Shown here in pieces: positions 1-10,405 of a stretch of DNA of 64,000 bases. The notes under the pieces are model-generated. The model was not told where the DNA came from, searched no databases, and saw nothing but the letters and a program-made list of their open reading frames with translations. Made by a program: the position numbers and the translations under genes. Source of the DNA: Escherichia phage vB_Eco_BGP; sequence record OZ035849, one strand, 5' to 3'. Positions within the stretch are counted from its first letter, which is position 1, and each line of letters starts with the position of its first letter.

Positions 1-77
1 GGTGCTGTAGTAAATAAAGGTCCTGAACAGATTCCTAAAAAGAAAAAAGAGGAATCTAAAGAAAAAGAAGAGTAAAA

Positions 78-1106
78 ATGTCATCAATACCTTGGATTGA
101 TAATGAGTTTGCATACCGTGCATTAGCTCATTTACCTAAATTCACACAAGTAAATAATAGTTCAACTTTTAAATTACGGTTTAGATGTCCTGTTTGCGGA
201 GATTCAAAAACCGACCAAAATAAAGCCCGTGGATGGTATTATGGTGATAATAATGAAGGAAATATTCATTGTTATAACTGTAACTATCATGCACCAATCG
301 GAATATATTTAAAGGAGTTTGAACCTGATTTATATCGTGAGTATATCTTTGAAATAAGAAAAGAAAAAGGTAAAAGTCGTCCAGTAGAAAAACCTAAAGA
401 ACTTCCTAAACAACCTGAGAAGAAAATAATTAAATCTCTTCCGTCATGTGTTAGATTAGATAAACTGGCGGAAGACCATCCAATTATAAAATATGTAAAA
501 GCTCGTTGTATTCCAAAGGATAAATGGAAATATCTTTGGTTTACAACCGAATGGCCTAAATTGGTTAATAGCATAGCACCGGGAACATATAAAAAGGAAA
601 TTTCTGAGCCTCGTCTTGTTATTCCAATTTATAATGCTAATGGAAAAGCTGAGTCGTTTCAAGGACGTGCATTAAAGAAAGATGCTCCTCAAAAATATAT
701 CACCATCAAAGCTTATCCTGAAGCAACAAAAATTTATGGAGTCGAACGAGTTAAAGATGGTGATGTATATGTTCTAGAAGGACCTATAGATTCACTTTTT
801 ATTGAAAATGGTATAGCTATTACGGGTGGTCAATTAGACCTAGAAGTTGTTCCATTTAAAGATAGACGAGTGTGGGTTTTAGATAATGAACCTCGTCACC
901 CTGACACTATCAAACGAATGACTAAATTAGTTGATGCAGGAGAAAGGGTTATGTTTTGGGATAAATCTCCCTGGAAATCAAAAGATGTCAATGATATGAT
1001 TAGAAAGGAAGGTGCAACCCCTGAACAAATTATGGAATATATGAAAAATAATATTGCCCAGGGGTTGATGGCTAAAATGCGGCTATCTAAATATGCCAAG
1101 ATTTAA
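78..1106 (+). CDS. 61: DNA primase gp61
   Basis: 342 aa; N-terminal Cys4 zinc ribbon (CPVCGDS...CYNC); matches T4 gp61 sequence and length from memory. Confidence 0.93.
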   Translation: MSSIPWIDNEFAYRALAHLPKFTQVNNSSTFKLRFRCPVCGDSKTDQNKARGWYYGDNNEGNIHCYNCNYHAPIGIYLKEFEPDLYREYIFEIRKEKGKSRPVEKPKELPKQPEKKIIKSLPSCVRLDKLAEDHPIIKYVKARCIPKDKWKYLWFTTEWPKLVNSIAPGTYKKEISEPRLVIPIYNANGKAESFQGRALKKDAPQKYITIKAYPEATKIYGVERVKDGDVYVLEGPIDSLFIENGIAITGGQLDLEVVPFKDRRVWVLDNEPRHPDTIKRMTKLVDAGERVMFWDKSPWKSKDVNDMIRKEGATPEQIMEYMKNNIAQGLMAKMRLSKYAKI

Positions 1107-1303
1107 ATTAACCCAACTAAAGCAAATGCTAAATCTACGAATGTATCAAGAGTAACTACTGGAATACTAACGCCATGAGCAATAGCAACTGGCGATAAAA
1201 CAAAATTCCAAAGTAAAATTCCTACCATAGCAGAAATAGTAAAAGCTATACGTTTTTTATTACCTTTTATGGCATTAACAAGTGCCATTAATTTTTGTAC
1301 CAT
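1103..1303 (-). CDS. hypothetical small membrane protein (66 aa)
   Basis: Minus-strand ORF, basic N-terminus then about 45 hydrophobic residues; strong SD AAGGAGG 4 nt before ATG; stop overlaps gene 61 stop; only ORF in a 296-bp gap. Confidence 0.45.
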   Translation of the reverse strand: MVQKLMALVNAIKGNKKRIAFTISAMVGILLWNFVLSPVAIAHGVSIPVVTLDTFVDLAFALVGLI

Positions 1304-1347
1304 ATGTCCTCCTTTAAATTAATATTTATCACAAATTTCATAAATTT

Positions 1348-1377
1348 GTTTACTTTCTCAGCTTGTTATGGTATTAT
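1348..1377 (+). promoter_or_regulatory. T4-type early promoter (GTTTAC -18 bp- TATTAT)
   Basis: GTTTAC at 1348-1353, TATTAT at 1372-1377, upstream of ORF 1403. Confidence 0.55.
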
Positions 1378-1402
1378 AAAATAAATTGCTGAGGATGATA
1401 TA

Positions 1403-2742
<1,340 letters not shown>

Positions 2743-2768
2743 TTGCTTACATACTCAAATGATATAAT
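2743..2768 (+). promoter_or_regulatory. putative promoter for gene 56 (MotA-box-like TTGCTTAC plus TATAAT)
   Basis: TGCTT at 2744-2748, TATAAT at 2763-2768; imperfect MotA box. Confidence 0.35.
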
Positions 2769-2802
2769 TATTTAACTTATTAATGAATTGAAAGGAAAAA
2801 TA

Positions 2803-3321
2803 ATGGCTCACTTTAATGAATGTGCTCATTTGATCGAAGGTGTTGATAAAGCAAATCGTGCATATGCTGAGTATATTATGCACAGTATTGACCCATTGCA
2901 GGTTATGCTTGACATGCAGCGGCATTTACAGATTCGTTTGGCTAATGATAAGCCAGAAACAAATCGTCATCCTGATTCACTTGAAACTGCAGGAGAAGTT
3001 CTTGCTTGGTTGCGAAACCAAGACGATTATATCGCAGATGAAACTCGCGAGCTATATACTTCTCTTGGTGGTATGAGTAATGGTGAAAAAGAAGCTTCTG
3101 CTGTATGGAAACCTTGGAAGAAACGTTATTCTGAAATGCAATCCAAGAAAATTCAAGATTTATCTCCTGAAGATCAGCTTGAAATTAAATTTGAACTGAT
3201 TGATCAATTTCACTTTTTCATGAATAAATTCATTGCTCTTGGAATGTCGGCTGAAGAAATCTTTAAACTTTATTATCTGAAAAATGCTGAAAACTTCGCT
3301 CGTCAAGACCGAGGTTATTAA
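2803..3321 (+). CDS. 56: dCTP pyrophosphatase gp56 (MazG-like)
   Basis: Starts MAHFNECAHLIEG, about 172 aa; matches T4 gp56 from memory. Confidence 0.9.
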   Translation: MAHFNECAHLIEGVDKANRAYAEYIMHSIDPLQVMLDMQRHLQIRLANDKPETNRHPDSLETAGEVLAWLRNQDDYIADETRELYTSLGGMSNGEKEASAVWKPWKKRYSEMQSKKIQDLSPEDQLEIKFELIDQFHFFMNKFIALGMSAEEIFKLYYLKNAENFARQDRGY

Positions 3322-3515
3322 TGGCTCGTTTAAATAAGCGTCAGCTTAAGAAAGCCCATAAGAAACGTATTGACCAGCTATTTAAAGATTATAACAAAGA
3401 GCTCGTGTGTGAGCTCTTAACTAATCAACTTCGTATGGTTGAAATTATAGAAGGTCCTGACGAAATTTTTGTCAGTGAAGAAGCTTTAAAATTAATTATA
3501 GAGCATTCAAAATGA
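3321..3515 (+). CDS. hypothetical protein (64 aa, basic)
   Basis: ATG overlaps gene 56 stop; occupies the position where T4 carries segF. Confidence 0.45.
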   Translation: MARLNKRQLKKAHKKRIDQLFKDYNKELVCELLTNQLRMVEIIEGPDEIFVSEEALKLIIEHSK

Positions 3516-3721
3516 AATTTGATTTTTATGCATGGCAAAAAGCCGGGAGACCGGCTACTCGAGCATTTGGTTCTGATGGATATAATATTAGAGCCCATTG
3601 GAAATTTAATGCTCCAGAAGATTATTCTCCGGTAATTATTAACGGTGATGTTGTTATATTAACTAAAATTGGGTATTTTAACGTTCCGCGAGAATTTATT
3701 ATAAATAGTCATGTAATTTAA
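3512..3721 (+). CDS. hypothetical protein (69 aa)
   Basis: Overlapping start/stop with the previous ORF; no recognisable motif. Confidence 0.45.
   Translation: MKFDFYAWQKAGRPATRAFGSDGYNIRAHWKFNAPEDYSPVIINGDVVILTKIGYFNVPREFIINSHVI
3700..3707 (+). promoter_or_regulatory. late promoter TATAAATA upstream of soc
   Basis: Exact TATAAATA about 30 nt before soc ATG. Confidence 0.6.
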
Positions 3722-3737
3722 ATAAAAGGAGAATTAC

Positions 3738-3983
3738 ATGGCTAGTACTCGCGGTTATGTTAATATCAAAACATTTGAGCAGAAATTAGATGGAAATAAG
3801 AAAATTGAAGGAAAGGAAATTTCCGTAGCTTTCCCTCTTTATTCTGACGTTCACAAAATTTCTGGCGCTCATTACCAGACATTCCCTTCAGAAAAAGCAG
3901 CATATTCTACAGTATATGAAGAAAATCAACGTACTGAATGGATTGCTGCAAATGAAGATTTGTGGAAAGTAACTGGTGAATAA
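3738..3983 (+). CDS. soc: small outer capsid protein Soc
   Basis: 81 aa, MASTRGYVNIKTFEQKLDGNKK...; matches T4 Soc from memory. Confidence 0.92.
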   Translation: MASTRGYVNIKTFEQKLDGNKKIEGKEISVAFPLYSDVHKISGAHYQTFPSEKAAYSTVYEENQRTEWIAANEDLWKVTGE

Positions 3984-3989
3984 ATTCAA

Positions 3990-4015
3990 GGACTCCTTCG
4001 GGAGTCCTTTTTTCA
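3990..4015 (+). terminator. rho-independent terminator (GGACTCC-UUCG-GGAGUCC, T-run)
   Basis: 7-bp GC stem, UUCG tetraloop, TTTTTT. Confidence 0.8.
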
Positions 4016-4023
4016 TTTAAATG

Positions 4024-4053
4024 GTTTACTTTCCAAAATGAGTATGGTATAAT
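4024..4053 (+). promoter_or_regulatory. T4-type early promoter
   Basis: GTTTAC 4024-4029, TATAAT 4048-4053. Confidence 0.65.
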
Positions 4054-4079
4054 AGAATTATCTTATAGAGGAGAGCACT

Positions 4080-4286
4080 ATGTTAAATCGCTGGATTAAA
4101 CCAAATGAAGATTTAGATATTATCATTTCACGACATGTAATGAAGAAATATGAATTGCAACCATGGTCTACAGAAGTTGTTGTTCATTCATTTATGATGT
4201 ACGCAGATGGTTCTGTCGAATTTAATGCAGAAATTCGATATGATTATGGCGAAAAGCAAGTCGAATTCAAGAGAGGCTTTTTGTAA
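4080..4286 (+). CDS. hypothetical protein (68 aa)
   Basis: ORF after early promoter, SD GGAGAG. Confidence 0.5.
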   Translation: MLNRWIKPNEDLDIIISRHVMKKYELQPWSTEVVVHSFMMYADGSVEFNAEIRYDYGEKQVEFKRGFL

Positions 4287-4627
4287 TGTTTATCTTTAAT
4301 TGGTTTAAAAGTTTCTTTACAGATTTTTTCTCTACAACTCCCGGAGAAGGTGTAGTTCCTATTTCAAATGACTACCTTCCTTTAACTGTAGTTGAGTATG
4401 TTTATATGGGAGATGGAACAGTAGAAGCAGTTACTATGACTTATGAAGAAGCCCAAGAATATTATAAAAATCCTTGGCGCTGGTCAACACCTACTATATC
4501 ATCTAATGCACAGAAAACACAATCTAGTTCTGATTCATATGACACTAATGTTCCTGTTCATGTATGGGCAGGTGATTCATGTGGAAGTTCTTGTGATTCT
4601 GGTTGTTCATCTACATCTTGTGATTGA
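4286..4627 (+). CDS. hypothetical protein with Cys/Ser-rich C-terminus (113 aa)
   Basis: C-terminus [18 protein letters not shown]; start overlaps previous stop. Confidence 0.5.
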   Translation: MFIFNWFKSFFTDFFSTTPGEGVVPISNDYLPLTVVEYVYMGDGTVEAVTMTYEEAQEYYKNPWRWSTPTISSNAQKTQSSSDSYDTNVPVHVWAGDSCGSSCDSGCSSTSCD

Positions 4628-4635
4628 GGAAAATT

Positions 4636-5121
4636 ATGGAAGCGATTTTGTTTGAAATATCTATCAATAGTATTAGTATGGCGTTTGTCAAGGATGTTCC
4701 AATTACCGTAGCAGTAATGATTGATAAAAGATATGACAATAACATGTATCTAGTAGAAGATTTTATTTCAATGCCAATTCCAGAAGATGTTGAAATAAAA
4801 CTTAAAAAGATCGGAATTATTGAAACTGTACAAAATTCTCCATTTATGGCAATTCAAGCATTTACTAAATCTAACTATATTGATGTTGCTGAAGCATATT
4901 ATAATAATAAACCGTTATCCTTCTATTCATATGATTCAATATATGATTGGAAAATAGATAAAGGAAATAAATTTATAATTACAGACGAAAGTGCGCTATC
5001 ATATTTTATTACCTCTTTATGGAATAATTTAAATCCAAATTTGCTAAAAATTCATAAATTTGACGATGCTCCTACTATTGTTTTAGGTAAAATAAATGAA
5101 AGTTCTGAAGAAGATGCTTGA
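4636..5121 (+). CDS. hypothetical protein (about 161 aa)
   Basis: Track ORF 4624-5121; ATG at 4636 with SD GAGGA. Confidence 0.5.
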   Translation: MEAILFEISINSISMAFVKDVPITVAVMIDKRYDNNMYLVEDFISMPIPEDVEIKLKKIGIIETVQNSPFMAIQAFTKSNYIDVAEAYYNNKPLSFYSYDSIYDWKIDKGNKFIITDESALSYFITSLWNNLNPNLLKIHKFDDAPTIVLGKINESSEEDA

Positions 5122-5299
5122 ATGGTTCAATAGACCAAACTCAATGTACATTGATGATGGTTGGGTTGAACAAGCAAATAAAGAAATGCAGAATGAATCG
5201 GAAGAATGGATGAAATCAATGATTAGTGCTGAGAAAGAAAAGAAATTAGAACGCTCAGCGCTTAAATTGATGAGAGACATCTATGGTGATAAATCATGA
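5096..5299 (+). CDS. hypothetical protein (67 aa)
   Basis: ORF overlapping the 3' end of the previous ORF; charged, helical-looking. Confidence 0.4.
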
Positions 5300-5460
5300 A
5301 CAAAGATATGACATTAGAAGAGGCTAAAGCTAAAGCAAATGAAGCAATGGATTTGCTTCTTAAAATTGGTAGTAAAATGATGGAAGAAAATGAGAAGTAT
5401 ATCCAGGAAAACAAAATTCCTGATGGTCCATTAGTAGGCAAAAGGAAATCACATGATTGA
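5296..5460 (+). CDS. hypothetical protein (54 aa)
   Basis: ATG overlaps previous stop (ATGA); below the track's 60-aa cutoff. Confidence 0.4.
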
Positions 5461-5923
5461 AGTAGCAAAACATTATTCAATAGAATTTATGTCTAAAGAA
5501 GGTAAATCAGTAAATACACTTGATAAAAATTGCTCGTTAATTATTCCTTTAGCAGAAAATCCGGATATTTTAATTAAAGATATAAAAGAAAGAAAATATC
5601 CAGAAAATGTTATTCTAATTATAAAGCATACTGAAGATATTTTGCAAAATACAGATTCACCATTTTCTTCTTCTGAAGCTTTAACTATTAAAGGCTATAA
5701 AAGAGCTCATGAATATGGTCTTTTTGACCTGTTTGAAGATGATAAGGTTAAATTAGCGAGTCAACCTTCGAAAAGTAAAACATTCATTATTGAAGATATT
5801 AAAGATATAAATGCATTTGTTAAGATGGTCTGGGCTCATTTTGACGTTGGATTACGCTGGAGAATGTCCGAAGAAGAAAGAAAGATTGCTGAAGCTAATC
5901 GTCATTTTGGTTTTTATCGCTAG
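5453..5923 (+). CDS. hypothetical protein (156 aa)
   Basis: ORF with overlapping start/stop in the array. Confidence 0.5.
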
Positions 5924-5931
5924 GAATTAAT

Positions 5932-6114
5932 ATGGATTTATTTGAGATGTTAGAAGATAATCATTCTACGAATATCCAGAATGATTCTAGTGATTATAAG
6001 AAAGAGTACCGTATAGTATTACAGAATTATGGAATTGAAGCCCCAGATGCTCTTCTAGAAGAACTAGCTTCATACCATCTTGACCCTCCGCCCTGGGCTC
6101 CCTGGGCAAAATAA
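5932..6114 (+). CDS. hypothetical protein (60 aa)
   Basis: Short acidic ORF. Confidence 0.35.
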   Translation: MDLFEMLEDNHSTNIQNDSSDYKKEYRIVLQNYGIEAPDALLEELASYHLDPPPWAPWAK

Positions 6115-6125
6115 TTCAAAAAGTT

Positions 6126-6155
6126 GTTTACTTTCCTTTCTAACGATGATATGAT
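6126..6155 (+). promoter_or_regulatory. T4-type early promoter
   Basis: GTTTAC 6126-6131, TATGAT 6150-6155. Confidence 0.6.
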
Positions 6156-6181
6156 AGCTTCTGAAGTATACGGAGGCTATC

Positions 6182-6805
6182 ATGATTATTAATCTTGCAG
6201 ATGTTGAACAGTTATCTATAAAAGCTGAAAGCGTTGATTTTCAATATGATATGTATAAAAAGGTCTGTGAAAAATTTACTGACTTTGAGCAGTCAATTCT
6301 TTGGCAATGTATGGAAGCTAAAAAGAATGAAGCTCTTCATAGGCAGTTGAATAAAATCATTAAAAAGCATTTAACTAAATCGCCTTATCAGTTATATCGT
6401 GGTATATCAAAATCAACAGAAGAACTTATTAAAGATTTACAAGTTGGAGAAGTGTTTTCAACGAATAGAGTAGATTCATTTACTACTAGTTTGCTCACAG
6501 CGTGTTCTTTTTCTTATGCTGAATATTTTACTAAAATAATACTTCGTTTAAAAACTGATAAAGCTTTTAATTATTCTGACCATATCAGCGATATTATACT
6601 TTCTTCTCCTAATACTGAGTTTAAGTACACGTATGAAGATACTGATGGGCTAGATTCAGAGCGTACTGATAACTTAATGATGATTGTGCGTGAACAAGAA
6701 TGGATGATTCCAATTGGAAAGTATAGAATAACTTCTATTTCAAACGAAAAATTACACGATTCATTTGGAACATTTAAAGTTTATGATATTGAGGTAGTTG
6801 AATGA
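6182..6805 (+). CDS. modB: ADP-ribosyltransferase ModB-like
   Basis: 207 aa; R (LYRGIS), S-T-S-like (SFTTS) and EQEWMIP motifs; size and position match T4 ModB. Confidence 0.7.
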   Translation: MIINLADVEQLSIKAESVDFQYDMYKKVCEKFTDFEQSILWQCMEAKKNEALHRQLNKIIKKHLTKSPYQLYRGISKSTEELIKDLQVGEVFSTNRVDSFTTSLLTACSFSYAEYFTKIILRLKTDKAFNYSDHISDIILSSPNTEFKYTYEDTDGLDSERTDNLMMIVREQEWMIPIGKYRITSISNEKLHDSFGTFKVYDIEVVE

Positions 6806-7404
6806 AATACTCAGTAATGCAACTAAAAGATTTTAAAATAAAATCAATGGATGCATCGGTGCGTGCTTCTATTCGTGAAGAATTACTTTCTGAAGGGTTT
6901 AATTTATCTGAAATTGAACTTTTAATTCATTGTATTACCAACAAACCAGATGACCATACTTGGTTAAATGAAATAATCAAATCTCGTTTGGTTCCAAACG
7001 ATAAACCTCTTTGGAGAGGTGTTCCAGCTGAGACTAAGCAGGTGTTAAATCAAGGAATTGATATTATTACATTTGATAAAGTAGTATCAGCTTCATATGA
7101 TAAAAATATAGCTCTACATTTTGCTTCCGGTTTAGAGTATAACACACAAGTTATTTTTGAATTCAAAGCTCCTATGGTATTCAATTTCCAGGAGTATGCT
7201 ATAAAAGCTCTACGCTGTAAAGAATACAATCCAAACTTTAAGTTTCCGGATAGCCATCGTTATCGTAATATGGAATTAGTTTCAGATGAACAAGAAGTAA
7301 TGATACCAGCTGGAAGTGTATTTAGAATTGCAGATAGATACGAGTACAAAAAGTATTCAACATACACTATCTATACTCTTGAATTTGAAGGATTTAATCT
7401 ATAA
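6802..7404 (+). CDS. modA: ADP-ribosyltransferase ModA-like
   Basis: 200 aa; LWRGV, SASYD, EQEVMIP motifs; paralogue of the preceding ORF. Confidence 0.7.
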   Translation: MKYSVMQLKDFKIKSMDASVRASIREELLSEGFNLSEIELLIHCITNKPDDHTWLNEIIKSRLVPNDKPLWRGVPAETKQVLNQGIDIITFDKVVSASYDKNIALHFASGLEYNTQVIFEFKAPMVFNFQEYAIKALRCKEYNPNFKFPDSHRYRNMELVSDEQEVMIPAGSVFRIADRYEYKKYSTYTIYTLEFEGFNL

Positions 7405-7461
7405 TGGAAGGACTTAGATTCATTATACCATGAAAGTTTTAAAGCATTTTTACATAAAGTT

Positions 7462-7491
7462 GTTTACAAGTTAAGGTAAAAATGTTATAGT
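7462..7491 (+). promoter_or_regulatory. T4-type early promoter
   Basis: GTTTAC 7462-7467, TATAGT 7486-7491. Confidence 0.55.
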
Positions 7492-7527
7492 ATAAGTAGT
7501 TAACCGTCCGTAAGATGTGAGAAAAAT

Positions 7528-8274
7528 ATGAAGCTGTCTAATAATCAAATTCGTAAAATTAAACGTCGTCTAGAGCATACTCAGGCATCTGCAAAAAGAC
7601 GTTCTAAAGATTTTAACTTAGACTTCAATTACATTAAGAACATTTTAGATCAAAAAGTTTGTGCCTATTCAGGAGAACCTTTTGATAATCGTATTGAAGG
7701 AGAGAAATTATCATTAGAACGTTTTGATAATAACGTTGGATACATTAAAGGGAATGTTATTGCAGTAAAGAAAAAGTATAATACATTTCGTTCTGATTAT
7801 ACTTTAGAGGAGTTGATTGAAAAGCGTGATTTATTTGCTTTGCGAATTGGTCGTTCATCTGCGAAAAAAGTTCATAAACTAAATTTAGATGAAAAGAAAT
7901 GGGCTAAAATCAAAAAGACTTATAATCAAATTAAAGCTATACAGAAAAAACGTGAAAACCGAATTGAACACATTTCTCAGCTTTCTAAATCAAAACAGAC
8001 CTCTGACATTAAGCTAAGAATTATAGCGCTTAAAGCTCGTATTGATGGTTCTCGCATAGCAGAAGGCGCTGAAGTTGTTAAATTGAACGTTCTTCTTAAA
8101 GGCTCGGATTGGAAAATTGTGAAAAAGTTGTCAGAAGCAGAAATGCAATATGACATGTGTGATAAAATTATTCAAGGTGTAGAGCGGTTTCAAAACTTAT
8201 CATTTATTGATAAACTCAAATTAAAAAGAGGATACCCGCTAAATTGTTCAATTTTTAAACTTATCCGAGGATAA
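7528..8274 (+). CDS. srd: Srd-like protein (248 aa)
   Basis: Position between modA and dda as in T4; HNH-like segment SLERFDNNVGYIKGNV; name assigned by synteny and size. Confidence 0.55.
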   Translation: MKLSNNQIRKIKRRLEHTQASAKRRSKDFNLDFNYIKNILDQKVCAYSGEPFDNRIEGEKLSLERFDNNVGYIKGNVIAVKKKYNTFRSDYTLEELIEKRDLFALRIGRSSAKKVHKLNLDEKKWAKIKKTYNQIKAIQKKRENRIEHISQLSKSKQTSDIKLRIIALKARIDGSRIAEGAEVVKLNVLLKGSDWKIVKKLSEAEMQYDMCDKIIQGVERFQNLSFIDKLKLKRGYPLNCSIFKLIRG

Positions 8275-8275
8275 T

Positions 8276-8587
8276 ATGGTTTATGTATATACGATAGTTT
8301 ACCGAGACAAAGACGGATTTACGGCGCCAGTTCCACTTGATGAACATCGTCCTGCTGTGTTTTTTGAAAGAGAGATTGCTGATAGAGTTTTTACTACTCT
8401 CAAAGAGCAGTATCAACTAGCTTTAGGTAAGGGAATTCCAAGATTAGTTGAGACTCCACGTAAATTTTGGTTTAATAAAATAGAAGTTAAACATGTTAAG
8501 CCTGATGTAGATACACAAAGATTATATCAACGAATTCTAGATACTGGGCGTATTGTTAGTATACCAATTGCAGGGAATTTACGATGA
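8276..8587 (+). CDS. hypothetical protein (103 aa, dda.1 position)
   Basis: ORF immediately upstream of dda. Confidence 0.5.
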   Translation: MVYVYTIVYRDKDGFTAPVPLDEHRPAVFFEREIADRVFTTLKEQYQLALGKGIPRLVETPRKFWFNKIEVKHVKPDVDTQRLYQRILDTGRIVSIPIAGNLR

Positions 8588-9903
8588 CATTTGATGATTT
8601 GACCGAAGGCCAGAAAAATGCCTTTAACATCGTTATGAGGGCTATTAAAGAAAAGAAACATCATGTAACTATTAATGGACCTGCTGGTACTGGTAAGACT
8701 ACTCTTACTAAGTTCATCATTGAAGCCTTAATATCTACGGGCGAAACTGGCATTATTTTAGCAGCTCCTACTCATGCAGCTAAAAAGATTCTTTCAAAAC
8801 TGTCAGGGAAAGAAGCGAGTACTATTCACAGTATTCTCAAAATTAACCCGGTAACATATGAAGAAAACGTTCTTTTTGAACAGAAGGAAGTACCGGATTT
8901 AGCTAAATGCAGAGTATTAATCTGCGACGAAGTGTCAATGTATGATAGAAAGCTATTCAAAATTCTGCTTTCAACTATCCCGCCGTGGTGTACTATAATT
9001 GGAATAGGCGATAATAAGCAAATTAGACCTGTTGACCCAGGAGAAAACACCGCTTATATCAGTCCATTCTTTACGCATAAAGATTTTTATCAGTGTGAAC
9101 TCACTGAAGTTAAACGCAGTAATGCTCCTATTATTGATGTAGCTACTGATGTTCGCAACGGTAAGTGGATTTATGATAAAGTTGTTGACGGGCATGGAGT
9201 ACGTGGATTTACTGGTGATACCGCTTTACGCGATTTTATGGTAAATTATTTTTCAATCGTAAAATCACTAGACGATTTGTTTGAAAATCGCGTAATGGCA
9301 TTTACGAATAAATCTGTTGACAAGTTAAATAGCATTATTCGTAAAAAGATTTTTGAAACTGATAAAGATTTTATTGTCGGTGAAATTATTGTAATGCAGG
9401 AACCATTAATTAAAACATATAAAATTGATGGAAAGCCTGTGTCAGAAATTATTTTTAATAACGGACAATTAGTTCGTATTATAGAAGCAGAGTATACATC
9501 AACCTTTGTTAAAGCTCGTGGTGTTTCTGGAGAATACTTAATTCGTCATTGGGATTTAACAGTAGAAACTTACGGCGATGATGAATATTATCGTGAAAAG
9601 ATTAAAATAATTTCATCTGATGAAGAGCTATATAAGTTTAACCTATTTTTAGGTAAAACGGCAGAAACTTATAAAAATTGGAACAAAGGCGGAAAAGCTC
9701 CATGGAGTGATTTTTGGGATGCTAAATCACAGTTCAGTAAAGTGAAAGCACTTCCTGCATCAACATTCCATAAAGCTCAGGGTATGTCTGTAGACCGTGC
9801 TTTCATTTATACGCCTTGTATTCATTATGCAGATGCTGAATTGGCCCAACAACTTCTTTATGTTGGTGTTACCCGTGGTCGTTATGATGTATTTTATGTA
9901 TGA
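8584..9903 (+). CDS. dda: DNA helicase Dda (SF1B)
   Basis: 439 aa; Walker A GPAGTGKTT; matches T4 Dda from memory. Confidence 0.95.
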   Translation: MTFDDLTEGQKNAFNIVMRAIKEKKHHVTINGPAGTGKTTLTKFIIEALISTGETGIILAAPTHAAKKILSKLSGKEASTIHSILKINPVTYEENVLFEQKEVPDLAKCRVLICDEVSMYDRKLFKILLSTIPPWCTIIGIGDNKQIRPVDPGENTAYISPFFTHKDFYQCELTEVKRSNAPIIDVATDVRNGKWIYDKVVDGHGVRGFTGDTALRDFMVNYFSIVKSLDDLFENRVMAFTNKSVDKLNSIIRKKIFETDKDFIVGEIIVMQEPLIKTYKIDGKPVSEIIFNNGQLVRIIEAEYTSTFVKARGVSGEYLIRHWDLTVETYGDDEYYREKIKIISSDEELYKFNLFLGKTAETYKNWNKGGKAPWSDFWDAKSQFSKVKALPASTFHKAQGMSVDRAFIYTPCIHYADAELAQQLLYVGVTRGRYDVFYV

Positions 9904-9909
9904 TTAAAT

Positions 9910-10170
9910 TTGAGGAAGCTATTCGTGGAAATAACTAAAGATCAGTTTTATCTTCTTCAAGATAAAGTAAGCGAAATTTATGAAATAGCTTATAGCAAAA
10001 ATCGCAAAAATGTGAAAACTGAATCAGGCAAGTTAATGCTTCAATTGGAAGAAATTGAACGAGATTTGATTGCGTTAGAATTCTTTTGTGGTGAAGTAAA
10101 AACTGTTACAATCAGTGATTACATTTTAGGTGAAATTAGCCATCTTTATAAGGCGGTTATTAATGATTGA
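9910..10170 (+). CDS. hypothetical protein (about 81-86 aa)
   Basis: Track start is TTG; in-frame GTG at 9925 with SD GAGGAAG; paralogous to the next ORF. Confidence 0.45.
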   Translation: MRKLFVEITKDQFYLLQDKVSEIYEIAYSKNRKNVKTESGKLMLQLEEIERDLIALEFFCGEVKTVTISDYILGEISHLYKAVIND

Positions 10171-10405
10171 ATTAAGTTTGCAGCAGTTTAAATCTCTTAT
10201 GACAAATGTTAAAGCTGTCATTGAGAAAAATTCGGGTCCTGAAAATATTACTATTCGCGAAAAAGCTTTAAAGATAATACACAGTCTTGAAGAGATGCAA
10301 AAAGATATTGAATCTATGGCAAAATTTATTGATGAGCCTATTAATAAAGTTTATATTCAAGATTATACTGTAGGTCAAATTCGTGATTTAGCGAGGAAAA
10401 TTTAA
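10163..10405 (+). CDS. hypothetical protein (80 aa)
   Basis: ATG at 10163 overlaps previous stop; shares ...I.DY..G.I..L pattern with the preceding ORF. Confidence 0.45.
   Translation: MIELSLQQFKSLMTNVKAVIEKNSGPENITIREKALKIIHSLEEMQKDIESMAKFIDEPINKVYIQDYTVGQIRDLARKI

Noticed and set aside
287-662. Two minus-strand ORFs (95 and 68 aa) inside gene 61
   Set aside because: Antisense to a well-supported primase gene, no SD, low-complexity translations; typical spurious ORFs in AT-rich sequence.
2840-3076. 78-aa ORF in an alternative frame of gene 56
   Set aside because: Fully contained within gp56 coding sequence in another frame; no independent support.
8826-9195. Two minus-strand ORFs inside dda
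   Set aside because: Antisense overlap with a conserved helicase gene.
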